Source of the DNA: a virus
DNA: 64,000 nt
Reading direction: 5' to 3' (one strand)
IMG/VR virus record: IMGVR_UViG_3300021964_000041
Span: 1-64,000 of that record
A model generated the notes under the pieces. That model did no database searches and had not been told where the DNA came from. It saw only the letters and a list, made by a program, of their open reading frames with translations. Positions 1 to 10,000 of this stretch are shown piece by piece. Positions within the stretch are counted from its first letter, which is position 1; the number at the start of each line of letters is the position of its first letter. The translations under genes were made by a program, and so were the position numbers.

Positions 1-1
1 T

Positions 2-199
2 TTTCCAAATAGTTTCAACTAGTTCCTTGTTCATATCTTTTTCAAACAATGAACTAAAGTTGCTTTTACCGTATTTTGTTTCGTGCCTTTCGTTTGCGCC
101 TTTGCCTCTTCTAGTAAATTTGCCTTCTGTTTCATGCTCTTTTACTAGCATCATAATCTCGTCTACGTTTGTAATAAAGTCTTCCCTAACTTCATACAT
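2..199 (-). CDS. Hypothetical protein, N-terminal part only (runs off window start): MYEVREDFITNVDEIMMLVKEHETEGKF...
   Basis: Hand translation. ATG at 199-197 overlaps the TAA of the upstream gene (TAATG coupling) and the frame is open to the window edge. Not in the ORF track. Confidence 0.7.
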   Translation of the reverse strand, partial: MYEVREDFITNVDEIMMLVKEHETEGKFTRRGKGANERHETKYGKSNFSSLFEKDMNKELVETIWK

Positions 200-2571
200 T
201 AAAAATTTCCTACAAATTCCCAACTACCGCTTAAAACAGTTTTTGTTATGTCATATTCGTAAATATTACACACTGTACTTGGATCATTTGAAAACTGTCC
301 TCCTAAATCAAACCAATTTAGTGTTACTGTACCATACAGTTGTCCTCTACCAATTCTTACACCGCTTTTAATTCCATCTAGTGAAACAGCAGTTTCGTCA
401 AAGCCATATGCTTGAATAACACCATCTTGCCATACTACAACTCTTGCACCCACACCTTGTGGTAATCCAATATAATCAGCCATACGTTGATTTAATCCAG
501 GAGTAAACGTTAGATAAAAACTATCAAAAAAATCAAAATCAACTGCATCAGTAACAACTACGTTTGTATTAGTTGTTGTTGATGCTCCTGTACCTTTTTT
601 AACAAACTCATACCCCGTAATTGCACTTTTTGACGTAAGCACTTCACTTACATTTGCTTTTACACCAGTGTATGAATACGCTCTACCACCAATATAACCA
701 ATACCATATCTTACACCACTAACAGTTCCGTATCTACGGTAGAATTGTCCTGATGGTGTGTTTGAATAATAGTACGATCCTAAAATTCTTGCCTTAGTAC
801 CGGCGGCATATTCTGATGCTGGTGCTATTCTGTTTAATTGTGCTTTTACAGCATTGACATCCATGTCTCTTGTATCTAAGTGGAATGTTAAATCTTTAGG
901 TATTGCACCTACTTTTTCATCTACATACTGTTTGATTGCTAGTTGTGTTACAACTGTGTCGTTATCTGCATTACCAAATGTTCCATCTTTACTGATAAAC
1001 TTGAATGATCTGTTTTGATTGTCAGTAAATTTAGTAGATTTAACATTTGTTAAGATACCTACTGTACCTAATGCACTGTTTTCAATTCTTGAACCGTCAT
1101 CAATTACAACACGTTTTAGGTTTGAATCTTCAATGTCTGAATTGTCAACAGTAACACCGTCGATTCTTAAACTTGTTCTAGTTCTACCTGTATCCTGCGA
1201 AGGAATAGCGCCAGCGCCAATAGTACCTTTTGAAAGATTAACATTATAAACACTTGCTGTATGGTTAATATTAACCGCGGCATTAAATATTTGTGTTGCA
1301 GAGAAAGTTTTACTTCCACTAATTGTTTGATCATTTGATCTATACATGCCATCAAGCACATATCTTGCTGTACCATCTAAGAAACCTTCATAGTTTCCTG
1401 GGACACCGTCTTGGCCTGCGTCTGTTAATGCTATTTGTCTATCATTGTCAACAACAACTTTACCACCTGTTGCATATAAAGCACCAGTTGTGTTACCTGT
1501 TACGTTACCTGTTACGTTACCTGTAACTGCACCATTAACATTTCCTGTTAATGTACCGCTGAAGTTACCTAAAGCGTCACCAATAATGTTAGAATATATT
1601 GCATCTGCATAGATGTTTCTATATTTCATTGTAGGAGCACCAAGATTTACTTCATTATCTGCATAAGGTTTAATATCTTTGCCTTCAATATAGAATACAG
1701 TTTTATCTGCGCCGCTTCCTGTGTAGTTTACACCAAACGATAATATATCATTAGTTTCGTTGTTAACACCTGCATTACCAGTTACACTGTCAACGTTAAT
1801 TTTAAGTTCGTCATTTGGTCCTACATTAATACCGTCATTGTTTCTAAAACTATATACGCCTGCGATTAGTTCATTTTCTAATCTATTAGCATAAGTGTCG
1901 CCGGCTTTGCCTACTAATCTGTCTGCATTAGTAGCAGTACCGTGATGTTTTGTATCTGTGCTTACACCGTTTGAATTAGTTCCTTTTAATGTTGTGCCTC
2001 TATAACATTTTGTAAAGTTAGGAACAGATGTAACTGCTTGGTCAATAGTAAATTCTGTATCTGCAACAATAGCATATATTACATTATGAATATATCCTGC
2101 CATTACAGGATGTTTTGTTCCTTGGTCATCAGTTAAAACAATACTGCGCCATTGTGTAAATTCATATCCTTTTAGATCCTGTGGTCCAATTAGAATATGT
2201 TGGTCACCATCTGCTGTCCAAGCATACAATTGATTGTTATCTGAGTCCCACCAAAGGTCACCTTCTTTTCTATTATTAGGTTCTAGATCGGATACTTGTA
2301 CAATTCCAAGTTGTCTCCATTGTGTGCCATCAAAAACTGCCGGACGTAAGGTGTTAACTGTTTTGTCAAACCAAATTTGACCTACTTGCGCCTTTGCTGG
2401 TGCAGTAGTTGATGCAAAATTTTCTAATAATTTTACAAAATTTTCGTTTTGTATTTCACCGTAACCTGCAACATTTCGTCCTACTAGTTGTAGATCGGTA
2501 GTTGTATCAACTACACCATCTGCTAGTGTTACTAATGTTGTTCCGTCTGTTCTGTTAATAGTATATGGCAT
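199..2571 (-). CDS. Tail fibre / baseplate-associated structural protein (paralogue 3 of 3)
   Basis: 790 aa. N-terminal domain (Y.IN.TDG...L.LVGRN..YGE...ENF.K.LE.FA...P.....GQ.W.D) shared with the next two ORFs; VTGN repeats typical of fibre shafts. Confidence 0.75.
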   Translation of the reverse strand: MPYTINRTDGTTLVTLADGVVDTTTDLQLVGRNVAGYGEIQNENFVKLLENFASTTAPAKAQVGQIWFDKTVNTLRPAVFDGTQWRQLGIVQVSDLEPNNRKEGDLWWDSDNNQLYAWTADGDQHILIGPQDLKGYEFTQWRSIVLTDDQGTKHPVMAGYIHNVIYAIVADTEFTIDQAVTSVPNFTKCYRGTTLKGTNSNGVSTDTKHHGTATNADRLVGKAGDTYANRLENELIAGVYSFRNNDGINVGPNDELKINVDSVTGNAGVNNETNDILSFGVNYTGSGADKTVFYIEGKDIKPYADNEVNLGAPTMKYRNIYADAIYSNIIGDALGNFSGTLTGNVNGAVTGNVTGNVTGNTTGALYATGGKVVVDNDRQIALTDAGQDGVPGNYEGFLDGTARYVLDGMYRSNDQTISGSKTFSATQIFNAAVNINHTASVYNVNLSKGTIGAGAIPSQDTGRTRTSLRIDGVTVDNSDIEDSNLKRVVIDDGSRIENSALGTVGILTNVKSTKFTDNQNRSFKFISKDGTFGNADNDTVVTQLAIKQYVDEKVGAIPKDLTFHLDTRDMDVNAVKAQLNRIAPASEYAAGTKARILGSYYYSNTPSGQFYRRYGTVSGVRYGIGYIGGRAYSYTGVKANVSEVLTSKSAITGYEFVKKGTGASTTTNTNVVVTDAVDFDFFDSFYLTFTPGLNQRMADYIGLPQGVGARVVVWQDGVIQAYGFDETAVSLDGIKSGVRIGRGQLYGTVTLNWFDLGGQFSNDPSTVCNIYEYDITKTVLSGSWEFVGNF
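1492..1527. repeat. 12-bp tandem repeat x3 (GTTACCTGTTAC) encoding VTGN repeats on the minus strand
   Basis: gttacctgttac gttacctgttac gttacctgtaac read directly. Confidence 0.85.
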
Positions 2572-2580
2572 ATCTTATCC

Positions 2581-4419
2581 TTACAACGCTTGGGTATACG
2601 TCCAAGTCCCTCCGCTCACTGTTAATAAATGGTATGATCTTACCACACCCAACGCACTTCCTGAAAGTGTAATACCATCTGGGAATGCCACACTTGATAA
2701 AACACTAGCACTATTTTGTACTCCGTTTTGATCAACTGCTGTTTGTCCAATCAATAATGTGTTAGTTGTACCAGTTGGCACACTTGTAACACTAATATTA
2801 GTTTGTGCACCAGCAAGTGTTAAGTCTTCTGCTAACACTCTTGCAGTTGCACCGTTATTAAAATTACTTGCAGGAGCAAGTGTGTTCATAATAAACGGTA
2901 AACCGTCTACTGCTGATGTTTTATCTGCAATACCAGTTGTATTAATAGTCATAAACAGTGTTCTTGTTCTAATTTCACTGTCAATGTAATTCTTTGTTCC
3001 AACATCTTGTGCATCTGTTGGATCTTGCACACCTTTAATTTGTGTTACTGGTGATGCTTCTTCAGGATCAAGTACAATGTTACCTGTTCCGTGTATGTTA
3101 AAGTTTAAGTTACCGTTTGTATCTCGTGTACTAATAGTTGTACCGTTAATATCAATGTCGTCAACTTGTAATTCTGTAAGAACACCTACATTTTGTAGAT
3201 TAGAATTTACAACACTCGGTCCAATAGTTGTAGTATTAATAATATTGTTTTGTGCAATTCTAAATTCTCTACCTGCTTCTAAACTGATTGACTCTGAACT
3301 TTCCCATGCTTCATCTGTTCTGCTCCAAGCAAACGTATGATCACTGTCACCTTTAAGTGTTATACCACCGCCGTCTGCTGTAACATCTGTCTCTGAACCA
3401 CTAGCAAAACCAAGTTCAATATTTTTATCTGCAACTCTCAAATTTTGTGAATCAACAAAAGTTGTAATACCGTTTACTGTTAAGTTTTGTTGTACAACTA
3501 AACTTCCGCCAACTTCAACTTCACTTGCAGTCTTATCTTTGAATACATTAACTTTCATTACATCTGCATCAATTTCTAATGCATCAATAATACCACCATT
3601 TGTTTGTGAGTTAACTTGAATTTTAAAATCTTTGTCTTGTAGGTTATTTTTTAATACTGTTGTATCACCAATAACTTCAATATTGAGATCTTGTTCGCCG
3701 CCAACAACTAAACCAGCATCGTTTTGAATACTTAACTGTGCCTGCGATGTTGATGCAATATCTGCACGTAGAAAGTTACCTGGATCAATACCAGCAATAG
3801 TATCTGCCGAAGCCGCTGTTCCGTGTAACTTTAATCCTGTTACATTTGTGCTAAAATTTAATCCTACTTTAATACTTGCAAATCCTGTGATTGCTGTTTT
3901 AGGAGTAAAAGCATATCTACTTAAAATACCTACAAGCAAGTCATTTACAAAAAGTTTTGTGACTGCACGACCGTTATCGTTTGAGTCAACAAGTGTTTCA
4001 ACAATCCAACCGTGTTTACCTTGTGCTGAAGTATAGATTGGGCCTGCTAATCCTAAATCAACACCATCATAGAAATACAATTGATTGTTTAGTGAATCCA
4101 TCCATAGGTCACCTTTAACTAATCCTTGTGGTTGTGATTCTTCAACTAAAGGACCACCGGTTGGTTTAAATGTTGTACCTGTGTATACTTTTAATCTACC
4201 TTCAAGTTTATCATACCAAACTTGCCCTTCTAAAGGATTATCAGGTGCAGTAGTATTCGCAAAACTTTCTAGTATTTTAATTAAGTTTTCATTTAACACT
4301 TCGCCGTAGTTGCTAAACTTTCTACCTACTAATGAAATATCTGCAGAAGTATTATCAACTGTTCCGTCGACAACCGTTGTTAAAAGTGTCCCATCTGTTT
4401 TATTAACATTATATGCCAT
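2581..4419 (-). CDS. Tail fibre / baseplate-associated structural protein (paralogue 2 of 3)
   Basis: 612 aa. Same N-terminal domain; DKNIELG...ADGGGITLKG and DPTDAQDVGTKNYID motifs common in phage fibre proteins. Confidence 0.75.
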   Translation of the reverse strand: MAYNVNKTDGTLLTTVVDGTVDNTSADISLVGRKFSNYGEVLNENLIKILESFANTTAPDNPLEGQVWYDKLEGRLKVYTGTTFKPTGGPLVEESQPQGLVKGDLWMDSLNNQLYFYDGVDLGLAGPIYTSAQGKHGWIVETLVDSNDNGRAVTKLFVNDLLVGILSRYAFTPKTAITGFASIKVGLNFSTNVTGLKLHGTAASADTIAGIDPGNFLRADIASTSQAQLSIQNDAGLVVGGEQDLNIEVIGDTTVLKNNLQDKDFKIQVNSQTNGGIIDALEIDADVMKVNVFKDKTASEVEVGGSLVVQQNLTVNGITTFVDSQNLRVADKNIELGFASGSETDVTADGGGITLKGDSDHTFAWSRTDEAWESSESISLEAGREFRIAQNNIINTTTIGPSVVNSNLQNVGVLTELQVDDIDINGTTISTRDTNGNLNFNIHGTGNIVLDPEEASPVTQIKGVQDPTDAQDVGTKNYIDSEIRTRTLFMTINTTGIADKTSAVDGLPFIMNTLAPASNFNNGATARVLAEDLTLAGAQTNISVTSVPTGTTNTLLIGQTAVDQNGVQNSASVLSSVAFPDGITLSGSALGVVRSYHLLTVSGGTWTYTQAL

Positions 4420-6407
4420 TACGATAGTGCCCTTATGATATAATTCAATGTCAAGTAAGGATTCATAACATTAATGTTGCTGTAAACACCTGTACCAGTA
4501 TTATTTGTGTACTGTGTACCTTGACCTATTTCGTTATCTGTAATATCTTTTAATTCGTCACCTGCTGAACCACCTAATGATTCTGCTGATGTATCTGTAA
4601 CTCTACCTGCACTACCACCACCTGCATCAACAGCATTATTGTCTGTGTCTTGTACAGTTAATCCGTTATCCATGTTATCTTTACCTAGTGCAAATCTACC
4701 ACGTAGGTCTGGAAGTTTAAATGTGTTTGGATTTACACCTGTACCATATGTTGTACCGATAACTGCATACAAATCTTGATAACTTGCAATCGGAACTTCT
4801 GATCCATCACATAATAGATATCCTGTTGGTGCTGTAGAACCTGCATATGGCATAACACCTCCTACTGGAACTGTCGGTGCTCCTGCAAAGAAGTTTTTAT
4901 ACTGTACTTTTCTTAAACCTGTATTATCTCTTGATAGTAAAACAAAATCTTCATTTGATTCTGTAGTTGTACTTTCTATCTGCTCATCAATAGCGTCTTG
5001 TGTAAGTGTTACGTTAAATATTTTTTCTGTACCACCTGTTTGTCCATCAAAACTAAATCCTGTTGAATCAGCAACGTGTCCTGAAATCTTAAATGTTGTA
5101 CTAGCAACTAGTCTATCTGATGTACCATTAACGTTACCAGTAACGTCACCAACCATCGTACCAACTAATCTACCTGTGAATATTTCTGAATGTACGTTTT
5201 TAAATCTTAAACTAGGTGTACCAATAGTAAGTTTATCATCAACACTTGGTGCAATACCAGTTGCGTTGTCTACTGGATCATCTTCACCAACTCTAAAGTG
5301 TCCTCGAGTAGTTAAGTTGCCGCCGACAAATAATTGTTTAGCAACACCAATACCACCGCTGGTTGTAATACTTCCTGTTGTTGTATCTGTTGCTTCTTCT
5401 ATTGAACTACAAGTTAGTCGCTCTGTAAAATGTCCTGTACCATGAATATCTAGTGTTGTTACAGGACTTAGTGTGTTAATACCTAAACGCTTATTGGCTC
5501 CGTCAAAACGTGCCATTGTTTCGATAGTTCCTGTATCATTTGGAAATACTGAAATATCAATACTACCATCAACACTGTTGTTTTTAATTACAGCATTGTT
5601 GTCTGCAATTTCTAAGTTAAAAATTTGATTTGAGCCGATTGTAACACCACCATCGTTACGTACATATAACTGACCATTCATTGTATCAGTTATGTCACTT
5701 CTTAAAAAGTTGTTTGCATTTACAACTTCTACTGATGGTTGTGTAACGCTAAGTGCATCTGCTTTGGTTGCACTAGCATGTAATTTATTTAGAACAATAC
5801 CGTTACCGTCAAAGTCTTTTGCTGAAATGTTAATACCTGGATAAAGTTCTGTAAAACCTTCAATAACCTGTTTAGGAATAAATTGATCTTTTGAAATAAT
5901 TGTAACAACTTTATCATCGACATAATTTTTAACAATAGTATGTGTTACACCTTTTGTATCTACAACTTGCTCTGCTTGAGCACCTGACTTAAGGCCTCCA
6001 CTAAAGTTCGGACCTACCAGTTGAAATTGATTAGCAGTAAACAAGTATAGTTGTGAATTTGTTGTGTCAACCCAAATATCACCTTGTATTGGATTTTGAG
6101 GTTCTGTGGCACTTACATGAACGCCGCCTGCTGGTCTCCAGTTTGCCGCACCTGCTGTTGAATCGTTAATTAATAATCTATTCGATGCACTGTCATACCA
6201 CAACTGACCTTCAATTGGGTTATTAGGTGAAGTAGGATTAGCAAAGTTTTCTAATACGTGTACAAAGTTTTCTGCAATACTTTGACCGTAACTTGGTTCG
6301 TTACGTCCAATTAATGTTAATGATGTATCACTAGTATTTCTACTGTTATCATCTACAGTAATCGGTGTCTTTTGAACTGCGTTTGTAAAATTTACTGTAT
6401 ATGCCAT
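4419..6407 (-). CDS. Short tail fibre-like protein with phage tail-collar domain (paralogue 1 of 3)
   Basis: 662 aa. C-terminal VPVGGVMPYAGSTAPTGYLLCDG...LYAVIGTTYG...FKLPDLRGRF matches the tail-collar motif; ends NPYLTLNYII. Confidence 0.85.
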   Translation of the reverse strand: MAYTVNFTNAVQKTPITVDDNSRNTSDTSLTLIGRNEPSYGQSIAENFVHVLENFANPTSPNNPIEGQLWYDSASNRLLINDSTAGAANWRPAGGVHVSATEPQNPIQGDIWVDTTNSQLYLFTANQFQLVGPNFSGGLKSGAQAEQVVDTKGVTHTIVKNYVDDKVVTIISKDQFIPKQVIEGFTELYPGINISAKDFDGNGIVLNKLHASATKADALSVTQPSVEVVNANNFLRSDITDTMNGQLYVRNDGGVTIGSNQIFNLEIADNNAVIKNNSVDGSIDISVFPNDTGTIETMARFDGANKRLGINTLSPVTTLDIHGTGHFTERLTCSSIEEATDTTTGSITTSGGIGVAKQLFVGGNLTTRGHFRVGEDDPVDNATGIAPSVDDKLTIGTPSLRFKNVHSEIFTGRLVGTMVGDVTGNVNGTSDRLVASTTFKISGHVADSTGFSFDGQTGGTEKIFNVTLTQDAIDEQIESTTTESNEDFVLLSRDNTGLRKVQYKNFFAGAPTVPVGGVMPYAGSTAPTGYLLCDGSEVPIASYQDLYAVIGTTYGTGVNPNTFKLPDLRGRFALGKDNMDNGLTVQDTDNNAVDAGGGSAGRVTDTSAESLGGSAGDELKDITDNEIGQGTQYTNNTGTGVYSNINVMNPYLTLNYIIRALS

Positions 6408-6410
6408 TTA

Positions 6411-7070
6411 TTAATTCTCGCTCAAGTTAGTTAAACTTTGGATTCTAACTGTATAATCAATTTGAATCAATCTGTTTAAGGACTTTTGCACAGGGTGGAA
6501 AATAACATGTGTCAATAATCTACCTTCATTCGCTCCTTCTGTGCTGTATGCTCTTAATCCTAATTCATCAAAAACAAAGTTGCCATCTAAATCAGTGCTG
6601 TTGTCAAACGCTTGTTGTCCTGATGGTTCACCATAGTCTAGCAAACAACTAACAATAATGTCTGTGTATGTTGTTCCTAATGTATGACGTGTTTCAATAA
6701 AGTTTCTTGCAGGATCTGTATTGTTAACGTTGTTGTCATCAACAGTTTTATAATATGTTTGGTTGTACAACGAAGCGTTAACGCCTGTGTTATTTGGTGT
6801 CAAATATGTGATAATGCCTGTAGGATCAACTGTTGTACCACCGTTACCAAATGCCATTTCAACGATGTTACCGCGACCCTCGTTTCCTAGCGATTCCGCT
6901 AGTGATATACTCATGTTTTCGTAATGAATAGCATTACGTTTGTTTACTAGGATTTCACCTGATTTCGGATCAAATATTTTAATATGACCTTCCATTAGTA
7001 CCCCAGTATTTTCATTAGGTTTTTTATTATCTTTTGGCATTTGTTCCAACTTTTTATCCTCGTTTGACAT
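6411..7070 (-). CDS. Conserved virion/baseplate structural protein
   Basis: 219 aa, beta-rich, between baseplate and fibre genes; FDELGL...LLTHVIFHPVQKS motif. Confidence 0.6.
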   Translation of the reverse strand: MSNEDKKLEQMPKDNKKPNENTGVLMEGHIKIFDPKSGEILVNKRNAIHYENMSISLAESLGNEGRGNIVEMAFGNGGTTVDPTGIITYLTPNNTGVNASLYNQTYYKTVDDNNVNNTDPARNFIETRHTLGTTYTDIIVSCLLDYGEPSGQQAFDNSTDLDGNFVFDELGLRAYSTEGANEGRLLTHVIFHPVQKSLNRLIQIDYTVRIQSLTNLSEN

Positions 7071-7073
7071 TTG

Positions 7074-10000
7074 TTATTCCTTAATATTTATTACAGGTAA
7101 ACCAGAGGACCTCTCTAGCAAGAACGTAGCCTGAGGAGTTTCTGCTCTTTGCAGTGTAACACCATTCGAAGCAGTGCTAGATCCGGCTGTATACCATATG
7201 TGACCCTGCTTTTGAACCACTTTTATTTCAGTTCCGTTCTCTGGTTCATCCCTTAATATTAGTTTATAATAGCCTTTTGCTGTACTATCAGCAACTGGCT
7301 CAATAGTAAATTCTGCTTCTTGAACTACGTCACTAGCAACACCTGTACTATTTGTTTCATTACTATCATAAGCAATAGATGCATCGTGTTTTGTTATAGG
7401 ATTTGTAGAAGAAGTTGGCTTTTGTAACTTTCTTCCGCCTACATAAACTTCAACTTGATTGTGTGCATTAGCACCACTTGCAATGTTGATTGTTTCTAAA
7501 ACATGAACGCTTTTACCGTTAGGTAATCCGTCACGTACAATAATTTCGTATACACTTACACTATCTTTATATGGCATAGTTTGGGTAGGTCCAAAGTCGA
7601 ATACCTGTGTGTTAACAAGGTGTTCATCAGCAATACCTGTTCCTAGTGTACCTCTAGTAATTTGTTTTAGTTTATTACCTTCAATTTCATAAAATTCAAT
7701 ACGTTCTTTACCAATAATTACTACACCTGGTATACGTTTTTCTGCACTTGGTGTATCAAAGAAACTAGTATCTTGTACTTCAATTTCTTTATCGCCTGGT
7801 AATAGTTTGGTTGTTAATATTGTTGTATCCTGTTTACTAATTCTCTTATAGAAATTTCTGTTTAACATATCTTGGAATACATTAAATCCAACACCGTCAT
7901 AATTTTTATCTTCACTAAATGATGTGATAACAACTCTATCAGTAGATTTTTGCGAAAATCTATTGTCAATATAAACTGTTGTTCCGTTGTCTAAAATTTT
8001 GTAATCCGCATCTGCAATCAACGGTGTGTTGTTTAGTTCTACCCAAATGTAAGCAACATCAACTGACTTACGAGACAGTGTATAAGTTCCTCCTGGGTTA
8101 CCTGCATATACTTCTTTACGCATTAGATTTGCATCATGATTTGTAAAACTTGTAACTTTTAAAACTTGACCTTCTGCAAGTCCTGTACTGTCATCAGCAC
8201 TATTGTTTATAATTCTAATGTACCCTGCATTTGTGCTATCGTCGGTTGTGTTTTTTCTAATCTCATAATCATGATTACGTAATACTGTAATTGCAATTAC
8301 ATCGCCCGATGACAGTTTACCTTCATAGAAAGTAATTAAGTTTGTAGCAGTATTGAATTGATAATCTGCAATCGGCTCAAGTCTTACACCATTACGATGT
8401 ACTTCAAGTTCACCTAGTGCCAAACTGAATGCTGGGTATGCTGGATCTTGACTTACAAGATAATCTAATGTTATTCCATTAGCAACATAATAAATTGTAT
8501 CAGGTGCTCTTAATCTTTTACCGTCTAGTTCCACAACTACCATTGCATGGAACGGTTCAATTTTGTCTGGTACTTGACTTAGGTAAAATTCATTTCCTGA
8601 ATTACTTGCAATATTAAACACATCAGTTTTAACCTGACTAAATGTTTTTTCTAAACCACTTAGTGCTGTTATTTGTGTTACAGCATCAGACATATCATTT
8701 GGTGGATTTGTTAAAACAATTTTAGCACTTCCTGAATCTGTATCTTCGTAAATTTCATATTCTTGGACTACACCATTTACTGTAACAAACGCACTTTTTA
8801 CATCTTCATACTTACTTGTTAATATAAATTCAATTGTGCTGTCACCTTGATCTACATACTCTTGTTTTTCTAACATGTTAGTACCAGCAACATTTAAAGT
8901 TGTAATTGTAACCAACTCATCTGTTGCAGGTGCTGTTGTTAATATAATCTTTTTGTTTGCATAATCAACTGTATAGTCTGTGTCTAGAACTTTATATGCA
9001 CTAGTTTTTGTTGCAGGAGCACTTGGTCCAACTGTAACTAAAATACTATCTTCTGTTCCTGGGTACTTGTTAAAACTGAACTCAGTTTCGTTTCCATCAC
9101 CCCAGTGTCTAGTAATATCAATAATTGGTGAACCATCTGCAGGTGCATTGTAAACTTTCATGCTTAACGCATCAAATACTTGTCCTGGTACAACTTCTTC
9201 TGGTGCATGTGAAGTATCTGGTGTAACAAATCCGTCACCGTCTAAACTAATATCTTCTGGCTTAGCACCTGTTGCAGTACTGTAAGCAAAGTTACCACCA
9301 CTAATTAATGTGTCAAGATTGTTTACGTCAGTTGGTACTGTACTACCGTCTGAATCTTCTTGTCTAAACACAACCAATACTCCTTCAGCAGGTGTAACGT
9401 TTAGTGTATATTCTGTTTCATCTCCATCTCCAACAATAGTTGGTGTGTTAGTTGGATCTTGACGTTGTCCATCAAAGTATACGTTTAACTTATCGCCATT
9501 GTCTGGTGCATAAGGTAAAGTAAATGTGTTTGTGTTGCCGTCTGCACGGAAAGCATAATCTGTGTTATCACCTGAGAAAGTATCCCAACCATGACTGAAC
9601 CATGGAAGGCCGTCCCAACCTACACTAACACCAAAATCTAAACCTTGTACTTTTACGCCATCATACTCAATACCAGTCATTAACTGTGAAAGTTCTTTAC
9701 CTGGCATTCCGTCAGTTGGATTATAGAAATAGTTAATTCTATCAACAGCATTCATTAGACCAACATTTTTCTTATATGTAATCTGTACTGTTGATCTTTC
9801 TTTAGGTAATGTTTTTAATATTACATAACCAACTTGTTTTTTATATGTATTATCTGTTAGTGTTTGAATACTTACATCAAAGTTTTCAATAAACACTGTT
9901 TCGTTGTTTACACTAATTGTAAAGTCACGTTTATCAAGAGTAGGTACATACGTCAACTTGTATCGTACTTGCCCTGATGTACTTGTGTATGTGTCAATGT

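Noticed and set aside
199-6407. Diversity-generating retroelement acting on fibre tips
   Set aside because: No reverse transcriptase and no near-identical TR/VR pair noticed in this window.
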